Assembly: GCA_019058315.1 (NCBI GenBank)
Contig: JAHPZH010000003.1
Span: forward strand, 684,451-748,450
Source of the DNA: Candidatus Helarchaeota archaeon
GTDB lineage: Archaea > Asgardarchaeota > Lokiarchaeia > Helarchaeales > RDOG01
Direction: 5' to 3'
Length of the DNA stretch: 64,000 bases
Positions 51,320 through 61,337 of the stretch are shown here, one piece after another. The translations under genes were made by a program, and so were the position numbers. Numbering within the stretch: the first letter of the stretch is position 1; each line of letters begins with the position of its first letter. The notes under the pieces are model-generated. The model did not search any database. It worked only from the letters and a program-made list of their open reading frames with translations, and was not told where the DNA came from.

Positions 51320-51892
51320 ATGAGGGTTAGAATGGATAGATCAAAATTTTTATTCTTAACAACTAAACACGGGAGACTTTCATTCGAAAGACCACCTAAG
51401 GGAATGAAAGATGTTATAATTGCAATTACCAGAAAAAATTTAGAGATAAAATCTAAAAAAACAGGAGAAATAAAGAAAATTCCTCTCAAACAGATAGAAA
51501 TGGCAGAAAAAATAGATAGTTCAAAAACTAGCTATGTAGGAACAGCCTTGTTTGGGACACCTCCGACTCAAGATAGAAAAATATACACAAAAATAATAGC
51601 TAAAAAAAGAAAACCTTTTTATATTACATTTATAAGTGGAATGTCTGGTTGGCAAGTGGATTTACACGATGAGTTCTATTCAATTTTGAAATCTAGAATT
51701 GATAAAATAGAAAAAGAAAGCGAATTACAAAAGTTAAAAGAATTGCAAAAACCCACCAATGTTTTTTATATAAATATTCCACCACAGACAAAATTAGCAG
51801 CTTTAAAATGTCCTTCATGCCAAGCACCATTAGAATATATGCCCCCTTGTAAATGTGAGCATTGTGGAGTCATGATTGAGTTAATGAAATAA
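51320..51892 (+). CDS. PH-like domain protein with conserved C-terminal Zn-ribbon tail
   Basis: Beta-rich 'KHGR' domain, IPLKQI, terminal helix; CPSC...CEHC tail. Confidence 0.65.
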   Translation: MRVRMDRSKFLFLTTKHGRLSFERPPKGMKDVIIAITRKNLEIKSKKTGEIKKIPLKQIEMAEKIDSSKTSYVGTALFGTPPTQDRKIYTKIIAKKRKPFYITFISGMSGWQVDLHDEFYSILKSRIDKIEKESELQKLKELQKPTNVFYINIPPQTKLAALKCPSCQAPLEYMPPCKCEHCGVMIELMK

Positions 51893-51895
51893 AAA

Positions 51896-52048
51896 ATGGG
51901 ATCAAAGGGAATGTCTGAAATTACTCTATTTGAAGCAGCTCGACATTGTTATTATTCATTAGAACCTAAGGGAGATAAAATCGATGTCTTTCTCAAAATC
52001 ACTAAAAATGAGTTAAAAATTTGGGTTAAGGTGCTCGATAAAGATTAG
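51896..52048 (+). pseudogene. Truncated fragment of the PH-like family
   Basis: LFEAARHCYYSLEP..DVFLKITKNELKI resembles LFFAEKHGRYSVQRP..DSFIKISKENLTI. Confidence 0.45.
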
Positions 52049-52104
52049 CCATAAGAGATTAAAGGTTAAATGTGAATGATAAAAATAAATGGGAGTAACA
52101 CACC

Positions 52105-52881
52105 TTGAAAGAATTTCTTGAACGATTGGAATGGATGAAAATAAACAAAATCAAAAATAATTCAGAAAAAAATGCACTAGTTGAGTTAAAAAATAGATAC
52201 GGATTACAAAATGAAGACTTTGAATTGGATAAAAGTGGTCATATAATAAAACTGAAAATAATCGGCAAGAAATTACATTTAATTCCAGAAATTTTAAGTG
52301 TCTTTTCCCAGTTACAAGATTTGAATCTTTCAAATAATGAAATTGTGAAAATAGAAAAGCTTGAAAATTTAACCCAATTAAAAGAATTAGACCTTAGTAA
52401 AAATCAGATAACAAAGATATCGGGTCTAGAAGACTTTACTAAGTTCCGAAAATTAGATCTTATGGGAAATCCTCTAGAGAAAGAAGATCAAGTTGTATAT
52501 AAAAAGGGAATAGCTACAGTAATTAAATATTGCCAAAAAAATAAAAGAATAGAGCTATTTAAAAAAAACTTACTTGATTATATTGCTCCTTATGATGAAA
52601 TGACATTTAAAAAAATAGCAGATCATTTCGAATTGGATGTGCTATTTGTTGAAAATGAGATTAAAAATATGTTAGAAAGTAAAAAAATTATTGGCAGATT
52701 GTTTCCTGATAAAATTATCTTAAGAGAATTAAGTCCGAAAATCGATCAGACTGTATATATAACAATTCCACCTAAAACAAAATTGACTGCCTTAAAATGT
52801 CCTTCTTGTCAAGCACCCCTAGAATACATACCTCCCTGTAAATGTGAGCATTGTGGGGTTATGATTGAATTAATGAAATAA
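52105..52881 (+). CDS. Leucine-rich repeat + PCI/wHTH protein with the same Zn-ribbon tail
   Basis: LQDLNLSNNEI, LKELDLSKNQI, LDLMGNP; PYDEMTFKKIADHF..VENEIKNMLESKKIIGRL. Confidence 0.8.
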   Translation: MKEFLERLEWMKINKIKNNSEKNALVELKNRYGLQNEDFELDKSGHIIKLKIIGKKLHLIPEILSVFSQLQDLNLSNNEIVKIEKLENLTQLKELDLSKNQITKISGLEDFTKFRKLDLMGNPLEKEDQVVYKKGIATVIKYCQKNKRIELFKKNLLDYIAPYDEMTFKKIADHFELDVLFVENEIKNMLESKKIIGRLFPDKIILRELSPKIDQTVYITIPPKTKLTALKCPSCQAPLEYIPPCKCEHCGVMIELMK

Positions 52882-52978
52882 GAGAAGAAATTTTATGTTT
52901 AATACGGTTGGTACATAAATGATCCCCGTTGGCATCCTGAACAATGTTTAGATGATGAAAATATAGTAACTACATATA

Positions 52979-53092
52979 TTAACTTGTGCATGTGGTAGAG
53001 TATCCAAGCAATTAGGTTTGAACCATACAAATACATTCAAGTGTCCGTACGGGTTAACATATAAAGTGTTGCCGGAAGTAGTTAAAATTTAA
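52979..53092 (+). pseudogene. 5'-truncated third copy of the Zn-ribbon microgene
   Basis: LTCACGRVSKQLGLNHTNTFKCPYGLTYKVLPEVVKI*; no start codon, last Cys changed to Tyr. Confidence 0.75.
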
Positions 53093-53185
53093 TAATTATA
53101 CATATTAATAATAATTGATATATTAATTCAAAGATTATTTGAGGATCTTTTTTGAGGAGAAAATTATGAAATGGAGGTTTAAACC

Positions 53186-54172
53186 ATTACCGTAAGATCC
53201 GAAGATGTATTATTTCATTGTGAGAAACATGGCAGATTTACAAAGGAAATGACCTATTTTTATAGGATGATAGATTCAAGAATCTCAATAATTAATAAAA
53301 TTATTATAATTAGCCCGAAGAAGAGAAACCTTGGTGAAGTACGGATAGATATTGATAAAATCAAAACGATTAAGATGCATAAAGATAGCTTGAAAGGACC
53401 GGAACCATATTATGAAATTATTCTTGATAATAAAGAAAAATTTTTCATTACTTTTGCCTCTACATGGGGTTCTTCTACAAAAAATCTTCATAAACAATTT
53501 AAAGAAGTATTAAACCAGAAGTTAGGTATTTCTATAAAGCAAGGAATAGATAGAACTGGACCACCTGCATTTTCTTTTAAAATGGCTCCCAGAACGAGTT
53601 TAAAAGAAGAAAAACCATCATTATTTTTTGCTGAAAAACACGGTAGATATTCCGTGCAAAGACCACCAAAAGGATTAAAGGATTCATTTATAAAAATCAG
53701 CAAAGAGAATTTAACAATAGCAATAAAGATTTCTGGAGAGAGAATTAGAGTTCCACTTATAAATATAGATGTTGCTGAAAGAATCGATAGCTCTAAAACA
53801 AGTTATGTTGGCACAGCATTATTCGGAACTCCTCCTGTTCAACAAAGGAAAATTTATACTAAGATTATAACCAAAACGGGACAATCTTTCTATGTAACAT
53901 TTATAAGCGGAATGTCGGGTTGGCAAGTAGAACTACACGATGAATTTTATGCAATTTTAAGGTCACAGCTTGATAGAATTCAAAAGGAAAAAGAATTAGA
54001 AGAACTTAAGAAGATGCAGAAACCAACCAACGTATTTTACATAAATATCCCACCACAAACAAAATTATCTGCTCTAACAGCTTTAAAATGTCCTTCATGT
54101 CAAGCACCTTTGGAATATATGCCACCCTGTAAATGTGAGCATTGCGGGGTTATGATTGAATTAATGAAATAA
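53186..54172 (+). CDS. Tandem PH-like domain protein with the same Zn-ribbon tail (likely ATT start at 53186)
   Basis: Upstream in-frame LFHCEKHGRF matches the second domain LFFAEKHGRY; GGAGGT 7 nt before ATT; second domain is a close paralogue of 51320-51892. Confidence 0.7.
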   Translation: MTVRSEDVLFHCEKHGRFTKEMTYFYRMIDSRISIINKIIIISPKKRNLGEVRIDIDKIKTIKMHKDSLKGPEPYYEIILDNKEKFFITFASTWGSSTKNLHKQFKEVLNQKLGISIKQGIDRTGPPAFSFKMAPRTSLKEEKPSLFFAEKHGRYSVQRPPKGLKDSFIKISKENLTIAIKISGERIRVPLINIDVAERIDSSKTSYVGTALFGTPPVQQRKIYTKIITKTGQSFYVTFISGMSGWQVELHDEFYAILRSQLDRIQKEKELEELKKMQKPTNVFYINIPPQTKLSALTALKCPSCQAPLEYMPPCKCEHCGVMIELMK

Positions 54173-54196
54173 ATAGAAGTAGAATGAGGAAAAGAT

Positions 54197-55156
54197 ATGA
54201 CAGACATAAATGATCTTTCTATTTTCGGGGATTATTCTAATCTGGAGAATAGGGTGACTGTTGCTCTATTACATATTTTTAATGCTGGTAAAGAAGAACT
54301 CATTAGGTTTATTGCCAACAAAATCAAGATAACTCTGCCTTCTAGTGAGATTGATATAATATCCCAAGAAAAGCAACAAGAATCTATTCCAGATGGCACA
54401 TTAAAATGTGGTTTTATGTTTAATCTCTTTATTGAGAGTAAAATAAAACAAAATAGTATAAATACAACTCAGTTAATGAACCATAAAAAAGCTGTAGAAA
54501 AAGTAACCCTAACGAATCCTAACTCATTTTTGTTATATCTCACACCAGACACCAATAAACCAACAGAGCTTGATGAGGAGGTTTACTGGACTAATTGGGA
54601 TTCAATAATTTCTTGGCTAAAAGAATACATTGAGTCCCATGAAGAAGAAGAACTGAAATCCAATTCACTTCTGATCTACTTGGTGGAACAACTTGAAGTC
54701 CTACTTATTAACAAGTCTATAATTTCAGGTGAATGGAATTTTAGTCAGAACGATAAAGTACTGATAGTCGGTGGTAAGGACTTTGGAGAAAAAACTGCAA
54801 TTGAATGTGGTAAATATTTCAGTCAGGGTAATAGGACTTTCCGACCTTCTGGATATATAGCGTTTTATTACAACCATCGAATAGAATATTGTTTTGAGAT
54901 TATTGAACCACCCAAAGAGAACCAAAAATTAATGGACTATCAAGATCTATTTAATATCATCAAAGAAAAGGGTGCTGAAAATGCAGATTGGGTTAAAGAA
55001 CCAAAGAGAATTTTTATTTTAGGAAAACGAGTCCCCATTCAAATAATCCATAATGATAAAAAGAATAGACATGGCGATCCTACTGCTTTCACTTACAATC
55101 AGACTTATACAACTATTGACAAATTAAAAAAAGCAAAATTAACTTCAGAATTATGA
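54197..55156 (+). CDS. PD-(D/E)XK restriction-like nuclease with C-terminal putative base-reader domain
   Basis: ENRVT, IPDGTL, FIESKI, QLMNH. Confidence 0.7.
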   Translation: MTDINDLSIFGDYSNLENRVTVALLHIFNAGKEELIRFIANKIKITLPSSEIDIISQEKQQESIPDGTLKCGFMFNLFIESKIKQNSINTTQLMNHKKAVEKVTLTNPNSFLLYLTPDTNKPTELDEEVYWTNWDSIISWLKEYIESHEEEELKSNSLLIYLVEQLEVLLINKSIISGEWNFSQNDKVLIVGGKDFGEKTAIECGKYFSQGNRTFRPSGYIAFYYNHRIEYCFEIIEPPKENQKLMDYQDLFNIIKEKGAENADWVKEPKRIFILGKRVPIQIIHNDKKNRHGDPTAFTYNQTYTTIDKLKKAKLTSEL

Positions 55157-55184
55157 TTAAATTGAAATGCAGTGAATGGTTAGC

Positions 55185-55651
55185 ATGATTTTTCATGTAA
55201 TAGGTCTCCATTGTGCTGGAAAATCCACATTCATCAAAAAAAATTTCCAAGTGCAGTAGTCCTGGACATGAAAAAATTCTATAAAACCCATGATTTCCTA
55301 CCCGCAACCTCCTATCATGACAGGACCGCACATACTTTGGAACATGAATTTCAAGATTGCCTGAAGGAGGCAAAAAAGAACAATAAAATCTTGGTCGTGG
55401 AGAGTTCGGGGACAAATCAGAGGGTGAATCAGTTGGTTGCGGAACATGACCATATCACCATTTTAGTCGTGACTCCCTTGGAGATTGTAAGGGAACGGAT
55501 TGAGAAGGAGAAAGATCCGGAGTTTGATGCGGAAACGCTGAATAATGCGGTATTGGAGGGGCTGGCAGCGGGGAGGGTGCAATTTGATACGAAATATTTT
55601 ACTCAGTTAGATAGATTTTATCCTGATTTGAAAATTAAAGAATTTGGATAA
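55185..55651 (+). CDS. P-loop nucleotide kinase-like protein split by a -1 frameshift at 55236-55247
   Basis: MIFHVIGLHCAGKSTFIKK (Walker A) in one frame; FPSAVVLD...LVVESSG...RERIEK in the -1 frame. Confidence 0.7.
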
Positions 55652-56303
55652 TGGTGAAATATTTTGTCGATTATTGATTTAATTACGGTTTTAAATATTA
55701 AAATGCTCATCTAATTTATGAAGGGGAGTTTTAAAAAAAATAATAAAAAGAAAAAATTTAGATAATATAACAGAAAATTATCCTAAATAAAAAAAAGGAT
55801 AATTTAGACAAATTTTAAAAAATATACTTTATTATGAAATAGATTTTTGATTAATTAGCGAATTCCTAATAAAAAATATTAATTAAATCATAAATATAAA
55901 GAAAATAAAGAAAATTAAAAAAAATGGACATTTGAAAATGAAATAAAAATTTTAAAAAAATTAAATTACAAATTGGAGATGTTAAAAAGAGAAGGTATTG
56001 TCAAAAAGAGAAAATAATAAGAAGTTAAGTAAAAGGAACTTTGGTTATCCCATTTTTAAGCTTAAACTTAAAAAAGACAAAATCAGGTCGACATCCATTA
56101 TTCTGTCATATTAGGACAACCTGGTTCCGAAATAACTTACTCTTTCTTCTTTAAAAAAGTTTGGATTTCTAAAGACATGTCAATAACTATCTAAAGATTT
56201 ATCTAAAAGAACATGACGATTTCTAAAAAGTATAATCATTTATCTAATTAAAATTTCATTTCTCAAAATCCTCCAAAACATTATATCTGAAAAGAAAAAA
56301 GGA

Positions 56304-56915
56304 TTGTTATTAAATCTGACTGAACTAAAAAAACCAATTGATAAAAATCAATATAAAAAAAGCGAAATTGATTTTATAAAATATTTTAAAGTGAATAGAA
56401 TTGAATCAATAATAAATCAATTTACTATACTTTTAGAAAAATCAAGTAAAGAAGAAGAGATTCAAAAATTTTTAGAAAAATATCCTATTCTAATCAATCA
56501 ATATTCCAAAGTCTATCCAAAATTTAAATTAGGTGAAAATTACATAACGGATTTTGTTATTAAAAATATACTTGACCAAGGGATTCATTATACTTTAGTT
56601 GAAATAGAAAAATCAAATATGCGAGTGTTAAATAAGGATCGGACTTTCACCTCAGATTTTAACAAGGCATATAAGCAAGTTTTGGATTGGAAAGTGTGGC
56701 TCCAAAAAAATCAAGTTTATATCCAAGGGAAATTGGAAGGTTTTGAAAGCCCATCATTCATAATTATTGGTGGGCGTTCAGAAGGTATTTCAGAAAAGGG
56801 AAAAGAAAATATTCGAGCATGGAATAGGAGCCAAAATAATATCAAATTTTATACTTATGATGATATTTTAAAAAGAGTAGAAGAATATTTAAATAACATA
56901 AAGCAATATTCGTAA
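56304..56915 (+). CDS. sduA: Shedu (SduA, DUF4263) nuclease domain protein
   Basis: EEEIQKFLEKYP, ITDFVI, LVEIEKS, AYKQVLDW, IIIGGRS, TYDDIL. Confidence 0.8.
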   Translation: MLLNLTELKKPIDKNQYKKSEIDFIKYFKVNRIESIINQFTILLEKSSKEEEIQKFLEKYPILINQYSKVYPKFKLGENYITDFVIKNILDQGIHYTLVEIEKSNMRVLNKDRTFTSDFNKAYKQVLDWKVWLQKNQVYIQGKLEGFESPSFIIIGGRSEGISEKGKENIRAWNRSQNNIKFYTYDDILKRVEEYLNNIKQYS

Positions 56916-56923
56916 GGGATAAA

Positions 56924-57274
56924 TTGTCAAAAGAAAGGGAACTCATTGTAGAGTTCGAGAAATACAAGAGGAACAAAATTGAAAATTTCAAATATGAACA
57001 TAGATCACGTCTTAAAGACCAGTTCCGTTTTTTAGTAGATTTGATAGTGAATAAGATTCCCTTGGACTCGGAAGTGGATTTTGGGGGGTTAAGTGGGATG
57101 TGTAAGTGTGGGAAGAAAATAAGTAGGGGGTCTTTATACAAGGATGGTACGGTCGTAGGTTCTACCTGTGCAAGAACCTTGAGTAATATTGCCACCGAAT
57201 TTTCCATGATCGAGCAATTTATTTTATTGAAAGAAGAGGAATTAAATAGGAAATTAAAAGAATTAAGAGGTTAA
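56924..57274 (+). CDS. Hypothetical protein, possible Zn-binding
   Basis: CKCGKKI...VGSTCA. Confidence 0.55.
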   Translation: MSKERELIVEFEKYKRNKIENFKYEHRSRLKDQFRFLVDLIVNKIPLDSEVDFGGLSGMCKCGKKISRGSLYKDGTVVGSTCARTLSNIATEFSMIEQFILLKEEELNRKLKELRG

Positions 57275-57705
57275 GCGTGATAATCCCTAATTAATTCTTC
57301 CCTCAATTCTGCCTTTAAACTCTTTTTAATGTTTAATATTAAATCTTTTCTAATTTGGTATTGTTTTTGACTTCCTTTTATCTGTTCAATCTGTTCATTA
57401 AAAAATTTTGATATTTTATCTATGGGATCTCTATCAAATCCTAATTCTGTTTGTATATCATCAAAACATTCCTTACAGAAGTCATCAATAGACTGACAAA
57501 TTTCATAATCTGAACTATATGATAGATTTTTTCCACAAATTAGGCATTTATTATACGTTTCTTCTTCTTTCTTCTTATCAATTTTATAAAAAACCCAATA
57601 AATAAAATATTGAATGTCATCTGGTTTGAAAAATGTGTGGTTATAGACTTCTTTAACACTTTTTACCAAATTTTTTATTAACTTGAATTTTTCATTTCTG
57701 TTCAT
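57271..57705 (-). CDS. Hypothetical Zn-finger protein
   Basis: CLIC...CKEC. Confidence 0.55.
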   Translation of the reverse strand: MNRNEKFKLIKNLVKSVKEVYNHTFFKPDDIQYFIYWVFYKIDKKKEEETYNKCLICGKNLSYSSDYEICQSIDDFCKECFDDIQTELGFDRDPIDKISKFFNEQIEQIKGSQKQYQIRKDLILNIKKSLKAELREELIRDYHA

Positions 57706-57758
57706 TTTTTGCCACCATTTTATATCATTTTATATATATCCATTTCATTCTCTAAAGT

Positions 57759-58805
57759 CTATGGTAGAATCCCACCCCATTTTTGAAAAATTATTTTTTC
57801 TTTTTTTAATCGAGGTAAGTCAAATTCATTTACAGGAATATTCGATTCTCCATGTCTTTGATAATATGTTAATTTATCTGTTTTAACTGCGTATAATTGA
57901 GGCATTCTTGGAATAAAAAAGACCAATACTATTTTGCCATTTTTAAGTTTGATTTCGTTGTAAATAACACCTTTTGTAGGTTCTAGAAATGGTGAAAGGT
58001 GGTTAAAAGAATTAAGAACATGTTGAACTTCACTTGGTGAAATTCCTTTTATTTCTTTAATTTGACTATTTTCTTCAAAAATCCCAATAATTATATGCCC
58101 TCCTTTGGTATTGGCAAATGCAGATATGGTTTTTGCTAACTTTTCTCCCTTTGAAATTGATTTAAATTCAATGAAGACACGTTTATTATGGTCAAGAAAA
58201 GAACCTTCCCGAATTAACTTATTTTTTAATTTAATTATAGTATCCATAGTAACATTTTCAATAGAATCAGGTATTAAATAATTAATTTCATGGAGAGAAT
58301 ATCTACCCAATTCTGTAATTTCCCAGTAAGAATTTCTAATAATTTTTGCTAAATCTTCGAGATAAATTCCTATATCATCATAGAGAAAATCTTTAATTTT
58401 TTCATAATCTTCTTTTTTTGAATTTATTTCCTCAAAAATATCTTTATAATAAACAAAACAATGTGTTGGATTTCTTTCCCAAGCTTTATTTAATATCCTT
58501 AAGACATCATCCCCTACTTTTTTAAAGAATTGAGTTTCTAAGAATTCTTCATGGACTAATATTCCATAAGAACCGATTTGTAATTCGAAAAATTCCTCAT
58601 CAACATCTCCCTGAGCTGCTATCCAAACATAAAATCCTTTAGATTTGCCATCATATAATGCTCTTTTTAATTGAACTATTTCAATATGTTTATAATTTTT
58701 TTGAAGATAATCTAATACCTCAGTAAATTTAGATGGTTTTCCTTCTAATTTCTTATCATATAAAAACTTAATAGTTACTTTTTGTATTGCAGTAATTTCA
58801 AACAA
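57759..58805 (-). CDS. Schlafen/AlbA_2 domain protein with N-terminal wHTH-like repeats
   Basis: IEFKS...LAKTISAFANTKGGHIIIGI...YYQRHGES. Confidence 0.85.
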   Translation of the reverse strand: MFEITAIQKVTIKFLYDKKLEGKPSKFTEVLDYLQKNYKHIEIVQLKRALYDGKSKGFYVWIAAQGDVDEEFFELQIGSYGILVHEEFLETQFFKKVGDDVLRILNKAWERNPTHCFVYYKDIFEEINSKKEDYEKIKDFLYDDIGIYLEDLAKIIRNSYWEITELGRYSLHEINYLIPDSIENVTMDTIIKLKNKLIREGSFLDHNKRVFIEFKSISKGEKLAKTISAFANTKGGHIIIGIFEENSQIKEIKGISPSEVQHVLNSFNHLSPFLEPTKGVIYNEIKLKNGKIVLVFFIPRMPQLYAVKTDKLTYYQRHGESNIPVNEFDLPRLKKEKIIFQKWGGILP

Positions 58806-59123
58806 TCATGATACCTCCAATCCAACGCTTATTAACTCAGAACGGACAATCCGATAAAATAAATTAGATAATAATTTTTTAGCTAGATAATAAATTGAAT
58901 TAGTGGGTACTTTATCAAATGAGATATGAATACTTTTTTTAGTCACTTTAACTTTAAAATCTAATAATTTGAACTTGGAAAGGGTAGGATAAGAATATTT
59001 CATAATTAGTTCAAATTTCTTTTTCGAATTTTCAACACCTTCTTGAAGTACTCTTGAAATATTGTCAAAACCTTCAATGCTACCTGACCTAACTTTAATC
59101 TTATTCCATCTTAAATTATACAA
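58806..59123 (-). CDS. Hypothetical protein
   Basis: 105-aa ORF abutting the Schlafen gene; contains that gene's SD GGAGGT. Confidence 0.45.
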   Translation of the reverse strand: MYNLRWNKIKVRSGSIEGFDNISRVLQEGVENSKKKFELIMKYSYPTLSKFKLLDFKVKVTKKSIHISFDKVPTNSIYYLAKKLLSNLFYRIVRSELISVGLEVS

Positions 59124-59377
59124 TTTATATTTCTTCCAAGATCCTTATTAAAATTTACTCCATAAGTAAAATTTTCCCGTTATCTGTTATTTTTTAACAG
59201 TTTCTTACTTATTAATTTTAAGTCATCTCTCTCCCCTCTTAAGAACCTAAGATTAAGTGACATATTTTGACTTTGAACCCCGACTCACATAGTCGTTTCG
59301 ACATAATTTTCGGTAAAAAGGGAAAGAGTTATACAAAAACCAAAAGAATTAATAACCGATCTTCGGGGTATTAAACA

Positions 59378-59824
59378 ATGAGTGATGACAACACATTGCC
59401 GACCTCAAGAATCCCACCTCTTGATAAAATTTTTTCTTCTAAGGGTAGGATAAGTATATTATTCACCCTCTTAGAAGCGTTAGAACTCAATATAACCGAA
59501 ATAGTAAGGAGAACCCGCTTAAACCATGCAACTGCGGTAAAACATTTGGAGAAATTAGCTGCTTATAAGGTGGTTATAGAAAAGGTATACGGAGTGGGTG
59601 GGAGTATTCGAATTTTTCGGTTAAATGTGGAAAATTCCTTTATAAAATTATTGCGATTTGTGTATCAAATCTTCAAAAAAAAGGGACTTCTGAGTGAAGA
59701 TGACATGGATAGAGTAATGCAGTTTAATATTTTCACGGAGAACCTCGGAAAAGGGGCTAATACTGATAAAGACCTGAGACATTTGATTGATCATTGGAAA
59801 GTGACGTATGGGAATTCTTCATAA
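59378..59824 (+). CDS. ArsR-like wHTH transcriptional regulator
   Basis: IFSSKGRISIL...ELNITEIVRRTRLNHATAVKHLEKL...IRIFRLN. Confidence 0.85.
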   Translation: MSDDNTLPTSRIPPLDKIFSSKGRISILFTLLEALELNITEIVRRTRLNHATAVKHLEKLAAYKVVIEKVYGVGGSIRIFRLNVENSFIKLLRFVYQIFKKKGLLSEDDMDRVMQFNIFTENLGKGANTDKDLRHLIDHWKVTYGNSS

Positions 59825-59869
59825 TCAATTACTTTATCCTCTCTTTTTTTCCTAAAAAATTCTCTTCAT

Positions 59870-60523
59870 TTATTCTTTATCGACTTTTTCTACTCTACTT
59901 TCTAAAAAAAATAATATTCCAGTTTTCATCATGGCAGCTGTTAAAGGTAATGCTGCAAGGATCCACCATAGGGAATCGATCATTGAAGGTATTTTCAAAT
60001 AATCGATAATTTTAACAATAAGGAAACTCGGCACACAAAGAACAGACCAAAAATAATAATTCATATAAGCTTTTAAAAAAAAGGGAGCAAATACCAGATT
60101 AATACAGCTAAAAGAGTAAATTAAAAAACCAGAAATTAGACCCAACTTTTGATAGTGTAAGATATTATTTTGTTTAATAAAATTAATTCCAAATAATAAA
60201 AAAAAGAAAGCTAATGAGATATATTCAAAATATTGCAGTCTTAATTGCTCAAATAATTCTGTTGGAACAGAAATAACACGTGGTCTTATAAAATTATAAA
60301 AGAGAGTATAAAAACCTAGATATAATGAAAAGAAAAAAATAAACAGAGAAAATTTTGTTTTATCTGATTTATATGATTCAATGCATGTAAATCCCACTAA
60401 AATATAGCTTCCACAAAATAAATAAGGTAAGATTACATGATCGAGACTAAAAAAGAGCCTTAAAATTTGAAGAACAGAATACATAAGTGCACCTATTCCT
60501 CCTAATATGTATAATTGTTTCAA
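59870..60523 (-). CDS. Multi-pass membrane protein
   Basis: About six hydrophobic helices. Confidence 0.65.
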   Translation of the reverse strand: MKQLYILGGIGALMYSVLQILRLFFSLDHVILPYLFCGSYILVGFTCIESYKSDKTKFSLFIFFFSLYLGFYTLFYNFIRPRVISVPTELFEQLRLQYFEYISLAFFFLLFGINFIKQNNILHYQKLGLISGFLIYSFSCINLVFAPFFLKAYMNYYFWSVLCVPSFLIVKIIDYLKIPSMIDSLWWILAALPLTAAMMKTGILFFLESRVEKVDKE

Positions 60524-60695
60524 AAGAATCCCTTTTAATCTTATAATAAAAGAACTTGATTAGTTTCTAATATTTAAGAATTCCTACTTTTTGGTAGAAA
60601 TTTCCTTAAAGATAGTTGCTTGAAATTAATTACGATTTTGTAAGTTCCATAGAAATAAATTGCCTTCATTCAGTAATATTAATAGCTAAGAACAT

Positions 60696-61205
60696 CTATA
60701 TTTTATTTCCACATTTCATACAAAATTTTGAATTAGAAGGGATTTTTTCCCCACATTGAGGGCAGAAAATACCGTCTATGGAAGTTGCCGAAATTTTTGA
60801 ATTTAAGAAATCATAGATATCTTCTAATAAATTTATGTCAAAATTAGTCCACTTACTAAATACCGTTATAAAATGTTCAGTATCGTCTGTTTCTATAATT
60901 TTAATCCAAAATGCTCCATCCCACCAAGCTTTAGTTCCCCTAGCAAGACTTTTTGCTATTTTGGAACCAGTTCCTTCTCTCCATCTTATCTTTTTTAACT
61001 CTTTAATTTGTTTAATCGGTATTATTATATCATCATATTTTTTTTTCTTCGGTAAAATTGAAAGAAGATCATCTGTAATAGTTATTACTGAATCGAGTGC
61101 TCCTGATCCACAAAAAGTAAATGAACTTTTCCTTATTTTGCCTTCTTCATTTCTATACTTTCCATGTTTTTTTATATTAAATTCTTCCGTTTTTATCCAC
61201 CTCAT
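60696..61205 (-). CDS. PH-like domain + zinc-ribbon protein
   Basis: KKHGKY, IIIPIKQIKE; FCPQCG...FCMKCG. Confidence 0.7.
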   Translation of the reverse strand: MRWIKTEEFNIKKHGKYRNEEGKIRKSSFTFCGSGALDSVITITDDLLSILPKKKKYDDIIIPIKQIKELKKIRWREGTGSKIAKSLARGTKAWWDGAFWIKIIETDDTEHFITVFSKWTNFDINLLEDIYDFLNSKISATSIDGIFCPQCGEKIPSNSKFCMKCGNKI

Positions 61206-61337
61206 TTAAAAGTTGAAAAAAAATAGTGATTAATTATTTACTCCTCTTACTCACCATTCTTTTTGATAATATATTTTTTATTATGTTTTAAGTGATATTA
61301 ATAAATTTACTTTTTTCCATAGGAGAGTCGTCTATAT

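Noticed and set aside
59270-59370. Possible structured leader (CCCCGA...TCGGGG) upstream of the wHTH gene
   Set aside because: Only a 6-bp long-range pairing; not enough support
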